Shown here: piece after piece, positions 21,753-31,035 of the stretch
Numbering within the stretch: the first letter of the stretch is position 1
How the letters are laid out: each line of letters opens with the position of its first letter
Position numbers and translations under genes: made by a program
Virus record (IMG/VR): IMGVR_UViG_3300028864_000019
Location: 32,001-96,000 of that record
DNA length: 64,000 nt
Reading direction: 5' to 3' (one strand)
DNA from: a virus
Notes under the pieces: model-generated
Databases searched by the model: none
Told to the model about the DNA's origin: nothing
The model's input: only the letters and a program-made list of their open reading frames with translations

Positions 21753-22241
21753 TTATTTATTACATAAATCTTTTCTAATTTTATCCCTTCTTTCTTCTCT
21801 ACGCTCCTTTAAAGGATGTATAAAGTCATTATTTAAGGAATCTACACAACCATTATTTATACTCCACACATATCCTATTGGAATAATATAATCATTATTA
21901 ATATCATAAAATAAGCCATCATATGTATATTCTAAAACATTATATAAATCATTGGTATTCCACATATCAACTAATAATCCATTATAATTAATTTTATATC
22001 CTCCAAAAGAATTCTTTATAAATTCTAATTTGTGATATTCAGTGAATAATTCAATACAATCTGAATCATTCAGGACTACTATATCTAAATCTTTTGGCTT
22101 TCTATCATTTAAAATATCTTTAACTGCTCCACCTATTAAAAATGTAGGACATTTAAATTCCTGTTCTAATATTATAGGAAATTTTTTTTGTAAATAATTT
22201 TTAATCTTTTCTTTATTTCTATTTAAATCATTATAATTCAT
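21753..22241 (-). CDS. Nucleotidyltransferase, CCA-adding/poly(A) polymerase head domain only
   Basis: LIGGAVKDIL...PKDLDIVV, NSFGGYK, VDMW. Confidence 0.8.
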   Translation of the reverse strand: MNYNDLNRNKEKIKNYLQKKFPIILEQEFKCPTFLIGGAVKDILNDRKPKDLDIVVLNDSDCIELFTEYHKLEFIKNSFGGYKINYNGLLVDMWNTNDLYNVLEYTYDGLFYDINNDYIIPIGYVWSINNGCVDSLNNDFIHPLKERREERRDKIRKDLCNK

Positions 22242-22254
22242 TTTTACTACTCCT

Positions 22255-22737
22255 TTATATTAAAAAATTATCTTTATCCCAATACTTAGCTATATAACCA
22301 TTCTTATATCTATTGTCATTTGTAACTTCTCTACCAAACCAATTTGGAATAATAAAACTATTACTTTTTTCTTCAGACTCAAACTCTACTTCAATTACCT
22401 TTAATGAATTAGTATCATCAACATATACATTCTCATAAAAATCAACTTCTGCTTTTAGATTATTTTTCAAAGGCACTATAAATCTAAATTTACTAATTAA
22501 ACTGTTAGGTTGTCTATTTTTATATAAATCTTCATATGTATTTTGGGATATTTCAAGTTCATATTCTTCTCTAACTTTATCACCTTTACTTTTAACAGTT
22601 AAATAATATTTATCTTGTTTTTCTCTGATCCTTACTTCTGGTGTATATGACAAATAACTTTGTTTTATTGCTTTTACTGGATATGTCCACATTTTTTCTA
22701 TATTACCTTTAAATAAAAATTTCCTTTCTATTTCCAC
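22255..22737 (-). CDS. CYTH-domain (triphosphate tunnel) protein
   Basis: MEIERKFL, EVRIR, LTVK, REEYE, EVDFY, IEVEF, PNWFGREVT..RYKN. Confidence 0.92.
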   Translation of the reverse strand: MEIERKFLFKGNIEKMWTYPVKAIKQSYLSYTPEVRIREKQDKYYLTVKSKGDKVREEYELEISQNTYEDLYKNRQPNSLISKFRFIVPLKNNLKAEVDFYENVYVDDTNSLKVIEVEFESEEKSNSFIIPNWFGREVTNDNRYKNGYIAKYWDKDNFLI

Positions 22738-22808
22738 ATTAGTCTCTCCTTTAATTTATTATTATATAGTATTTTAAACCATTTAAAAGTGGAATTTGAT
22801 TAAAAACA

Positions 22809-23096
22809 TTAATATGCATCCCAAAGCATATATTCACCATTCATAAGTTCACTTAGTATTAAAGTTCCTTCAATTGAAGCACTCCTTAAATAATTTTCTT
22901 TTCCATATTCTTCACGCATAAATTCTTCTTCGTATAGATCTGATATAAGTAAATTTTTATCTTTTTTATATTTTTCAATAACATAGTTTATTGCTTCATC
23001 TTCATCATCAAATATATAAAACATATCATATACATCTTCACCTCGTAATTCTATTGGAATTTCAAAATTATCTTTACATGTTTTCATTAAAATCAT
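22809..23096 (-). CDS. hypothetical acidic protein
   Basis: ORF with AAGGAG RBS. Confidence 0.65.
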   Translation of the reverse strand: MILMKTCKDNFEIPIELRGEDVYDMFYIFDDEDEAINYVIEKYKKDKNLLISDLYEEEFMREEYGKENYLRSASIEGTLILSELMNGEYMLWDAY

Positions 23097-23151
23097 CTCC
23101 TTAAAATTATTTTTATCTGCTTTGCTTTAAAATGCAAGTTTGATTGGAACT

Positions 23152-23391
23152 CTAAACAACAAAATACTTACTATCCCATCTCTTGAAAATTTTATTTTTA
23201 TCTCTTTTCTTTACATGAAATAATATATTCTGTCTTCTAAATTGCATATATCCTTTTGTATTTTTATCTTTATATATTAGTAGTTCTCTATTATATATAA
23301 GATGCTTCAAATCATATGTATAATAGCTTATAAATAATATTAAACGCTGATACCAGTATAAATTCTTTATATCAATTAAATTTTTCCACAT
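23152..23391 (-). CDS. hypothetical protein
   Basis: 79-aa ORF; start may lie further upstream. Confidence 0.5.
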   Translation of the reverse strand: MWKNLIDIKNLYWYQRLILFISYYTYDLKHLIYNRELLIYKDKNTKGYMQFRRQNILFHVKKRDKNKIFKRWDSKYFVV

Positions 23392-23500
23392 ATCGTTAAC
23401 TTCCTGAAGTTATTTTTTTTTCTCAAAAGAGACTATAAACAACCCTGCAAATAATCCCTCCTTACACCTTAATTCTTTATGTAGTACTTTATATAATATA

Positions 23501-24340
23501 TTAAATTGCTGGTGCTAAATCTTCTATTACTTTTTCTAAAGGTTTTTCTATAACCTTGCCGTCCTTTAATAATTTATTATATATGTATGTAATTCCTATA
23601 GGTTTCAAAAGTGTTTTATAGTTAGTTTGTCCTGTCCATTGATTAATTACTGGAATAACTTTAAAATACTTTGTATAAGCTTGATAAGGTACATTATTAG
23701 ACATTAATATCTTTTTATCTTTTAACCAAGCAAATAGTCTTGTTCTCCCTAATTCTTTAGATTCTAATATTTTAGCATATGTACCAATATCATAACAATT
23801 ATTTGTATTTACAAACTTGTCTACCAAACTTACAATAGGTTTCATTTCAGCATTCTCATCTTTTAATAATAAATTTTCTTCTTTCAGTCTAGTTACTTTG
23901 TTTTGTAAAATAGTCATAGCTTGGAGAATAAATTCATCATCTGACATTTCACCACCAGATACTTTTTCTTCTCCATTTATGTACGCTCCATCTTTTCTAA
24001 TTGCAGGGATAACTACTCCTGTGATCCATTTTTTAAAATCTTTAGCTATCTTAAATCTTTCAGGATTTCTTTTAGTTATAGATAATACTGAATTATATAA
24101 TCCACTTTCATTAATTACTAAACATTCTTGCTCCCCTCCAAGGGTAAGCAAAGTTTGCGTATCCTTCTCATCATCATCTAAATTCCTTGTCATATCAGTA
24201 GCTTTGTTATATTGTAATACTTTTGCAACATCTGAACCCATAAACCAAATTACATTGTCAATTTCAATTGCTCTTACCTCACCAAACCTTTCATTTAAAA
24301 ATTCTTGTACTTTATTACCCATAATTCTCTCTTCCTTCAT
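23501..24340 (-). CDS. BRO-N / KilAC phage antirepressor
   Basis: FGEVRAI...WFMGSDVA, INESGLY, FKKWIT..VIPAIRKDGAY, LGRTRLFAWLK. Confidence 0.92.
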   Translation of the reverse strand: MKEERIMGNKVQEFLNERFGEVRAIEIDNVIWFMGSDVAKVLQYNKATDMTRNLDDDEKDTQTLLTLGGEQECLVINESGLYNSVLSITKRNPERFKIAKDFKKWITGVVIPAIRKDGAYINGEEKVSGGEMSDDEFILQAMTILQNKVTRLKEENLLLKDENAEMKPIVSLVDKFVNTNNCYDIGTYAKILESKELGRTRLFAWLKDKKILMSNNVPYQAYTKYFKVIPVINQWTGQTNYKTLLKPIGITYIYNKLLKDGKVIEKPLEKVIEDLAPAI

Positions 24341-24415
24341 ATTTATTAAACATATTTTTTATTTAATATGCCTGTATAAGGATACCCCCGTATAAGATAT
24401 CCTTAAGCCTACATA

Positions 24416-25021
24416 CTATTCTGCATCAATTACCACATCTTCAACTATTGCCCTAGTAATATCAATACTTAACAACTTACAAATTAAATATGTCACATAT
24501 CCGTCCAATAATATATTTTCTTTATTAATTGTAATATCTTTATCAAATTTTTTATTAACTTTATAATAATTTAATCTTTCAGAAATTTTATCTATTGATG
24601 GCGGAGTTAATTTGAATGAATCTTGAATATTAATATTTTTTACATTAATATAAATTTTTTCTTTATTAAATTCATTGCATTTAGACTGTGCTTCTTCTTT
24701 GCTATAGAATAAATTTTCCTCAGCTCTATTTAAATTACTATGTCCACAATATCCTTTATATTTTACAGATGCTTTAAGATTACTATCTAAACTGACTTTA
24801 TAAGATGTTATTTGGAATGGTTCATCACAAACTACATGAATTTGCTTGTTAGATACAAACTTACCTTGTCCCATACATTCAGGACATCTCATAACTTTAT
24901 CATTGTATGTAATTGTCTTTTTACCCTCGCATACATGACAAACTTTTTCTTCTTTGATTTGCTTTATTGTATAGAATATCTCACCTTTTTCAAATTTAAC
25001 TGGTATTATTAATTCTTTCAT
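24416..25021 (-). CDS. DnaJ-type Zn-finger plus ParB-like C-terminal domain protein
   Basis: CHVCEG...CPECMGQG; ILLDGYVTYLI. Confidence 0.6.
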   Translation of the reverse strand: MKELIIPVKFEKGEIFYTIKQIKEEKVCHVCEGKKTITYNDKVMRCPECMGQGKFVSNKQIHVVCDEPFQITSYKVSLDSNLKASVKYKGYCGHSNLNRAEENLFYSKEEAQSKCNEFNKEKIYINVKNINIQDSFKLTPPSIDKISERLNYYKVNKKFDKDITINKENILLDGYVTYLICKLLSIDITRAIVEDVVIDAE

Positions 25022-25137
25022 TTTACATTTCTTCTTCTTACTTTAATTTATTTTTATTAATATTAGTATAAACTTTCCATTTTTAATTGTCAATTGCTTT
25101 TTATATTAATTTATCATAACCTATTCAAATGAGTAAT

Positions 25138-25662
25138 TTAATTACTCCATAAACAAGTTAAATTACCCATTGAATTATCAAAACAACCATATAAAAAGTT
25201 TAAATCTAAGTAATTATTTTCATTATTTAATCTTTCTTTTAAGAATCCATTATCTTCATTCTCTATATCATCTATAAAGTTATTCCAGCTACTTGATATA
25301 AAGTTAATAAATCCTTCATCGTTTCCACGCTCTTTAAATCTTCTTATCCATTCTACTTTTAAATCTTTATTAGGATATACCATAATAACTTTAATATTAT
25401 TCTCTTTTAGAGCTTTCCTAACATTATCATGGCTTGATACAAATATTACATCAACTTTTCCTATATTCTCTTTGATATGCTTAATATAATTCGTAGGAAA
25501 CTCAGGATTCCTCTCTTTAGTATTATTACTATTCTCGTCTTTAACCCAACTAAATTCACTACTGTCGCTATCTAACATAGCATATATATCTTGATGATTC
25601 CTAAAACAATAACTCTTTCCACATGCAGGAAATGCACTAATTACAAATGTTTGTTTTCTCAT
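25138..25662 (-). CDS. Small P-loop NTPase/kinase
   Basis: VISAFPACGKSY, DSDSSEFSW, FPTNY. Confidence 0.75.
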   Translation of the reverse strand: MRKQTFVISAFPACGKSYCFRNHQDIYAMLDSDSSEFSWVKDENSNNTKERNPEFPTNYIKHIKENIGKVDVIFVSSHDNVRKALKENNIKVIMVYPNKDLKVEWIRRFKERGNDEGFINFISSSWNNFIDDIENEDNGFLKERLNNENNYLDLNFLYGCFDNSMGNLTCLWSN

Positions 25663-25697
25663 ATTTTTATACCTCTTTCTTTTTTATTTTTTTTAAT

Positions 25698-25967
25698 TTA
25701 GTCTATTTCAATATTAATATTATAATCGTTTTTGATATCCATAAATTCATGATCTTGAATATCAAATATTCTATATAAAATATCCCCAATTATTTCATCT
25801 TTATTAATTAATTCAAGTCTAATTTGACAATCTTCTTTTCTGTAACAACCACCCATATTATTTATAGATTTTCTAATATTCATCCTTTCTTGTAATAATG
25901 TTTCCATTGCTCTTTCTACATCTCTTTTACTTTGTGTAATTTTTAAAATTCCATTTTCAATTTTCAT
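25698..25967 (-). CDS. hypothetical protein
   Basis: AGGAGG RBS. Confidence 0.65.
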   Translation of the reverse strand: MKIENGILKITQSKRDVERAMETLLQERMNIRKSINNMGGCYRKEDCQIRLELINKDEIIGDILYRIFDIQDHEFMDIKNDYNINIEID

Positions 25968-26097
25968 TTTCTTCCTCCTAATTTTAATTGATAATTATTA
26001 TTGATAAAATTCATGTTTTATTTACTATTGATTATTATTTTCAATTAGTTCTATGTAAAAGAAAAGGAACTTATTAAAAGCTCCTGAATTATAATTA

Positions 26098-26343
26098 TTA
26101 CTTATCTACTGCATTTGCTAAAGCTTCAGCAAAATCAAAACTCTCTCTATATTCCTTACAATTAAATTGAATCTTTTCGTCTGTTATGCCGTCTTCAATA
26201 CATCTGCAACAATCACCAGTTAACCAATCACCACATGCAGTTGCTCCATGTTTATGAATATATTTTTTAAATACTTCTTCATTTACAGAAATTTTATCTT
26301 CACCTAGACTAATTGTTTTCTTAAATTCAAATAGTTTATCCAT
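26098..26343 (-). CDS. small Cys-rich hypothetical protein
   Basis: ACGD...DCCRC...C; AAAGGA RBS. Confidence 0.65.
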   Translation of the reverse strand: MDKLFEFKKTISLGEDKISVNEEVFKKYIHKHGATACGDWLTGDCCRCIEDGITDEKIQFNCKEYRESFDFAEALANAVDK

Positions 26344-26537
26344 TTTTATATTCCTTTCTTTTTTATATACTTTTTATTACGGTTTATTTTACTAATTTTA
26401 ACATACTATTTCATATTCTTCTAATATTATTTTATACGCTCTAGACCTTCTTTTGTTAACTATATAAAATCTTTATTAGTTTTTATTAGATTTTAAAAAG
26501 GAACTACAAAAAAATAGTAGTTATCTCTTTATTACTA

Positions 26538-26981
26538 TTACCAATCTAACCCAACTAATTTATCGCCCTTTACTTCCCAACATAGATTTTTTAATTGTTC
26601 TAACAAACTCATATTATACCATTGGATACTTCTATTTCTAAAACTTGATGCAGAATGAGCATATATTTTTTGTTCCTTTAACCATTTTTCTAACTCTGAC
26701 ATGTTATTATTGAAATCTTTTAAATTTATATTACCTTTATAATTTGCTTTTATATCAAATGTTATATAAACATCTCTATCAACATTTTCTAGACTTAAAA
26801 CATTTTTTGTAAATTTTTTTTCTATAATGTCTCTATCACTTTCTTTTTGTTTCTTCAATTCTTCTCTCTTTTTATCTAAAATTATTTTTAATAAAGTTTC
26901 TCTCTTTTCTATTTCTCTTAACTCTTTTTCCATTTCTTCAACTTCATTATTTAATTTATTACTTAGCATATTAACAACCAC
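26538..26981 (-). CDS. hypothetical protein
   Basis: 147-aa ORF with its own promoter. Confidence 0.7.
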   Translation of the reverse strand: MVVNMLSNKLNNEVEEMEKELREIEKRETLLKIILDKKREELKKQKESDRDIIEKKFTKNVLSLENVDRDVYITFDIKANYKGNINLKDFNNNMSELEKWLKEQKIYAHSASSFRNRSIQWYNMSLLEQLKNLCWEVKGDKLVGLDW

Positions 26982-27130
26982 CTTTATATTTAATTTATTT
27001 CTTTTATGTATCTCTTATCTATGTACTTAGTATATCATGGTTTAATCTAATTGTACATAGATTTTAAACAAATTAATAGAAAACTAATCTACATATTCCC
27101 TTAAAATAATCAGTTTATCATAATATTCCT

Positions 27131-27331
27131 TTACACTATAACTAATATATTATCATTATTATTAAAAATTATATCTTTTACAGTTGCGAAAATTATTGTC
27201 TTATTATATTCTTTTGCTAACTGTTTTAACATCTCTTTATCTGCCTTGTTAAGTTGTGCACTTCCTACCATTAAAATATCTTTTTCATTTTCTTGTAGTT
27301 CTTTTAATACTTTAGATACATATATATTCAT
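27131..27331 (-). CDS. hypothetical protein
   Basis: 66-aa ORF with RBS. Confidence 0.55.
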   Translation of the reverse strand: MNIYVSKVLKELQENEKDILMVGSAQLNKADKEMLKQLAKEYNKTIIFATVKDIIFNNNDNILVIV

Positions 27332-27384
27332 CGTTAATAACTTCCTTTTCTTTTGATTTAATTATTTCACAGTTTTAATTTATT

Positions 27385-27576
27385 TTAATCCTCCAACTTA
27401 CCTACTAATCTTTCAAGCTCATCAATTGATAAGTTAAATGTTTCGGGTTTGCCTTTATATCCTATGTATTGATGCACTCTTACTGCTACTTTGCCTAGTA
27501 CTATTATTTTTATAGCTCCTAATTTTTTAGTTTCATATATATTGCCTTGTTTCATATTCAACAACCCCTTAATCAC
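27385..27576 (-). CDS. hypothetical protein
   Basis: Follows a TTGACT-17-TATAAT promoter. Confidence 0.6.
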   Translation of the reverse strand: MIKGLLNMKQGNIYETKKLGAIKIIVLGKVAVRVHQYIGYKGKPETFNLSIDELERLVGKLED

Positions 27577-27845
27577 ATTAATTTATTTCCGTGGTATCTC
27601 TTATCTATGTATTAATTATAATGCTATATTAAATCAAAGTCAATAACAAATTAATATATAAACAAAAATTATTTTCTGGTGGTTTTGTAGTCAATATAGA
27701 AGTTTTAAGCGTGTTTTGTTTTTAATGGTAACTTATACTATATTTTGATTTGTGAGCGTTCTGTGGCTTATATGAGCTTAATTTTATCTATATATAAGGT
27801 TGTTAGTATTAACTAGTATTTATATTAACAACCTTATTTTTTATT

Positions 27846-29066
27846 TTACATTTCATCAATGAACTTTTTAGTTCTTTCAATTCCTGCATTGTAATCTGCT
27901 TCTGAATTGTAAACTTCTGCTATGAAATCACCCTCGCAATAAGTCAATATTGTTTTTAATTCATTGTTATATATATTCATTTGGTAATATTCAATATATA
28001 AATCCCTATAGCCCTTGTTTTGATAAAGTTCATACAATATACCTTTATCTATTGATCCTCTGTAAATCGTTCTAGTAGCTTCTATTGTTTCATTATCTGC
28101 ATAGATATTAATTACCTTTTTAAGTTCCTCATTATCTGTATTTATTTTAAATGGTAATATTTCATAGTTATCTAACATCTCATCATATTTGTTATGAGTA
28201 ACTTTGTTTTTGTTTTCTTGTTTGTCTGCTGATACTTCTAAATTATTTAATGTATAGCCTTTATATAAATTCCATTGGAATAGTTCGCCTGCTCCAATAC
28301 TATTAATTTCTATATCGTGTTTATGATGTCCACTTATTCCAATTGTTACAACTATTTTATTATCTTTATATATTAATACTTCTTGTAGGTTGATCCAATA
28401 TTTATCACAACTTAAAACATACTCTTGAATTTCTTGAGGTAGTTCGTTCCAGTTTGTAATATATACAGTTTTTAAAGTTTCAATATTATTAAAATCGTTA
28501 GCATTTGGACAAATTTGTTTTTCTATCATTTCATCTAATAAACTATAGTAATATTTTAAATGATTTGCAATTCCTTTTAATTCTATTTCGTTTTGTTCAT
28601 TTTCAAAATTATATTCTTCAATAGTCTTATATATTTTATCTATAAAAGTGCTAACAACTTCAAATGATTCTTTTTGAGTTTCTAAAGATTCAGTATTGAT
28701 TGATAAAATTACCTTTGAAGATTCTTTTTTTAATTCTTCTAATACTGAAGGTTCAACTTCTACAATTTCTTGAACTACTTCAACTGGATTAAGTTCTTTT
28801 ACTGCTATTATAGTGTCGTTTCTTATAGTTCTTGTATCTTCTTGCATTTCAGAAATCCATTTACCATCTTCAAGTCTTGCATGTTCATTGATATATTCAC
28901 AAGTAACTATTACACTTTTACCAGTTTTATTAGATTCAATTCTTATTATTTTTTCAGTTGATCCAAAATTAAAAACTCTTTCATCTCCAACCTTTAAGTT
29001 AATAGCTTTGATTCCTTCAACTATTCCAATTCCTTGTAGTCTTAAAATTCCTTCAAATTCTCTCAT
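27846..29066 (-). CDS. hypothetical (probably early) protein
   Basis: 406-aa ORF, AAGGAG RBS, consensus promoter upstream. Confidence 0.8.
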   Translation of the reverse strand: MREFEGILRLQGIGIVEGIKAINLKVGDERVFNFGSTEKIIRIESNKTGKSVIVTCEYINEHARLEDGKWISEMQEDTRTIRNDTIIAVKELNPVEVVQEIVEVEPSVLEELKKESSKVILSINTESLETQKESFEVVSTFIDKIYKTIEEYNFENEQNEIELKGIANHLKYYYSLLDEMIEKQICPNANDFNNIETLKTVYITNWNELPQEIQEYVLSCDKYWINLQEVLIYKDNKIVVTIGISGHHKHDIEINSIGAGELFQWNLYKGYTLNNLEVSADKQENKNKVTHNKYDEMLDNYEILPFKINTDNEELKKVINIYADNETIEATRTIYRGSIDKGILYELYQNKGYRDLYIEYYQMNIYNNELKTILTYCEGDFIAEVYNSEADYNAGIERTKKFIDEM

Positions 29067-29189
29067 TTTGATCTCCTTATATGCTTTTCAGGATTAAGCA
29101 TAACCATATATTTTTTACTTTTAATATTAATTTGTTTTATTCCTATGTAAGTTACAAGTTGTAACTTGTTTCTGTTCTCTATATATACT

Positions 29190-29218
29190 ATTATACGCTC
29201 GTGTTTAGATAATGTCAA
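29190..29218 (-). promoter_or_regulatory. Perfect-consensus sigma-A promoter
   Basis: TTGACA-17 bp-TATAAT on the minus strand, flanked by AACAAATTAAT operator-like boxes. Confidence 0.85.
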
Positions 29219-29556
29219 CAAATTAATGTAGAAACAACTGATATTTTTTAATTATTTTTAGGCAATAAAAAGAAGCTTTTTCAAGCTCCAGTTATTTATA
29301 TTATAGTCAGATAATATTTTAATAAATTTTATCTCTTAAATACTCTCTTATGCTTCCAAATGCTCTAGTTTTCAAGGGTATAATTAGAATAAAATGGATA
29401 TTTTAAAGATATATGTAAAGCTCATATGGACGTTTTAAGATTATATATTTTTATATGTGTTATTCGTTGCTGAATTGATTTAATGTTGATCTGGTGGTTT
29501 GTATGATGTTTAGTTTATTAATTTTAGACATTAAAAAAGAAGGTCTTTTAACCTCC

Positions 29557-29946
29557 TTAATTATTAAACCATTCTATTAATTCATTTTCGTTATTACACT
29601 CGAACAATAATTCATCAAAATTATTGTCCCACCCATAAACCACAAATTTAAAATTATCTGCATCATCTATATTAATTGAATATATAAGTTGACCATCTGC
29701 ACCTGAAATATTGAGTTCATCGTAAGCTCTGTGATTTTTAAACCAAATATGCATATCTTGTGAGTCAAATTTTGAATCTTTAATATTTTTAATTATATTC
29801 CCCATGTAAATTGTTTTATCCCTTAATTGTCCATCTTTACAGTTCCAATCAAACCAGCCTGCATCAATTTGTGTATCTATTTTCTTTTTATTAAAATCTC
29901 CATTGTTAAATTTTTCAATCCATTGATTCATGTTTATTTTTATCAT
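29557..29946 (-). CDS. hypothetical phage protein
   Basis: QIDAGWFDWNCKD..L..KT motif; AAGGAG RBS. Confidence 0.75.
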   Translation of the reverse strand: MIKINMNQWIEKFNNGDFNKKKIDTQIDAGWFDWNCKDGQLRDKTIYMGNIIKNIKDSKFDSQDMHIWFKNHRAYDELNISGADGQLIYSINIDDADNFKFVVYGWDNNFDELLFECNNENELIEWFNN

Positions 29947-30114
29947 TATTAATTTACTCCTTTATATCTTAGTTGTTTTGCTTCTTTAATATATTATATG
30001 ATTTATGCACCTAAAAGATTCCTATTTAAATTAAATATATTAATTTATTTCTGACTACTTAAAAGTTGAAATTTATTAGCTGACAAACTAAAAAGAAGCC
30101 TTTCAGCTTCTTAA

Positions 30115-30330
30115 TTAATTTATACATATTGTTTTTAATGGTCTTGGTGCTACCATATCATCACTCATAAGTGATAAACTAAAATGTTTTGAAAAACGTT
30201 GGCTATTTTTGAAATTGTTATACATCTTTTTAGCTTCTGCAATAGTTGAACATTCAATATTGAATGATTGTACTTGATCAAAATTTCTTCCCCTTCTGCA
30301 AGATATTGAGAATGTTGATATTTTATTCAT
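30115..30330 (-). CDS. small hypothetical protein
   Basis: AAAGGAG RBS; followed by a terminator hairpin. Confidence 0.65.
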   Translation of the reverse strand: MNKISTFSISCRRGRNFDQVQSFNIECSTIAEAKKMYNNFKNSQRFSKHFSLSLMSDDMVAPRPLKTICIN

Positions 30331-30386
30331 TTTAAAAACTCCTTTGATATATACCTTAACCGCCTTGTAGGTCGGTGGTGTTTTTT

Positions 30387-30445
30387 GTAAGTGACCACTT
30401 TTTCAAGTGGTTTCGTATCAATTTTCAGATACTCTTCAGACTTAC
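30387..30445 (-). ncRNA. Type I hammerhead ribozyme
   Basis: Minus strand GUAAGU-CUGAAGA-GUAUC(ugaaaauu)GAUAC-GAAA-CCACUU(gaaa)AAGUGG-UC-ACUUAC: complete core and three perfect stems; cleavage after GUC (between 30393 and 30392). Confidence 0.93.
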
Positions 30446-30577
30446 TTATTTTACTCTGTTTATATATTCCATTCGTTTGATACTATTTAAACTGCTCCAA
30501 CTTGGATAAATTCCTAAACTTTCACATTCTGCATAATATAAATCAATTGCTTTTTCTCTTATTTCTAAAGTTATCAT
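30446..30577 (-). CDS. small hypothetical protein (43 aa)
   Basis: MITLEIREKAIDLYYAECESLGIYPSW...; AAGGAG RBS; stop codon abuts the hammerhead. Confidence 0.65.
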   Translation of the reverse strand: MITLEIREKAIDLYYAECESLGIYPSWSSLNSIKRMEYINRVK

Positions 30578-30822
30578 TTTAAAATCTCCTTAATATTTGC
30601 CTTAACCACTATTTCTAGTTGGTGGTTTTTAATTTGCTTTATCTTTATAATTTATTATATGCTTATTAGATTATAATTACCACAACTTTTTAATAGATTA
30701 ATGTATAAACCATTCGACAAATTGCGATAAAACTGAGTTTTTATTTGGATATTGATTATTTATTTCAATTAAAATAGGAATAAAAAGAAAAGGATATATA
30801 AAAATATACCCTCAATACCTTT

Positions 30823-31035
30823 TTAACTAACTTGATTTTTAAATGCAAAATATAATGATTTACTTTTAAAATATTTGTGACAATCAAACTTAGTATATAC
30901 TTTCCAATTCCCCTTAATACATGCTATTTGTTTGTCTGTTGGCTTGTCTTTCTTCCATTTAGCATTCTTATCTATAAAACTACTTCCATATGTATAAGCC
31001 ATATTATCAACATTATCTACTAACAATATTCCCAT
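30823..31035 (-). CDS. Short ORF, possibly the C-terminal remnant of a larger gene
   Basis: Overlaps the end of the GIY-YIG gene; AKWKKDKPTDKQI is reminiscent of SF2 helicase C-terminal tails. Confidence 0.35.
   Translation of the reverse strand: MGILLVDNVDNMAYTYGSSFIDKNAKWKKDKPTDKQIACIKGNWKVYTKFDCHKYFKSKSLYFAFKNQVS

Noticed and set aside
23817-24395. 192-aa plus-strand ORF
   Set aside because: Antisense shadow of the clearly recognisable BRO/KilAC antirepressor; Ser/Phe/Ile-rich, no RBS.
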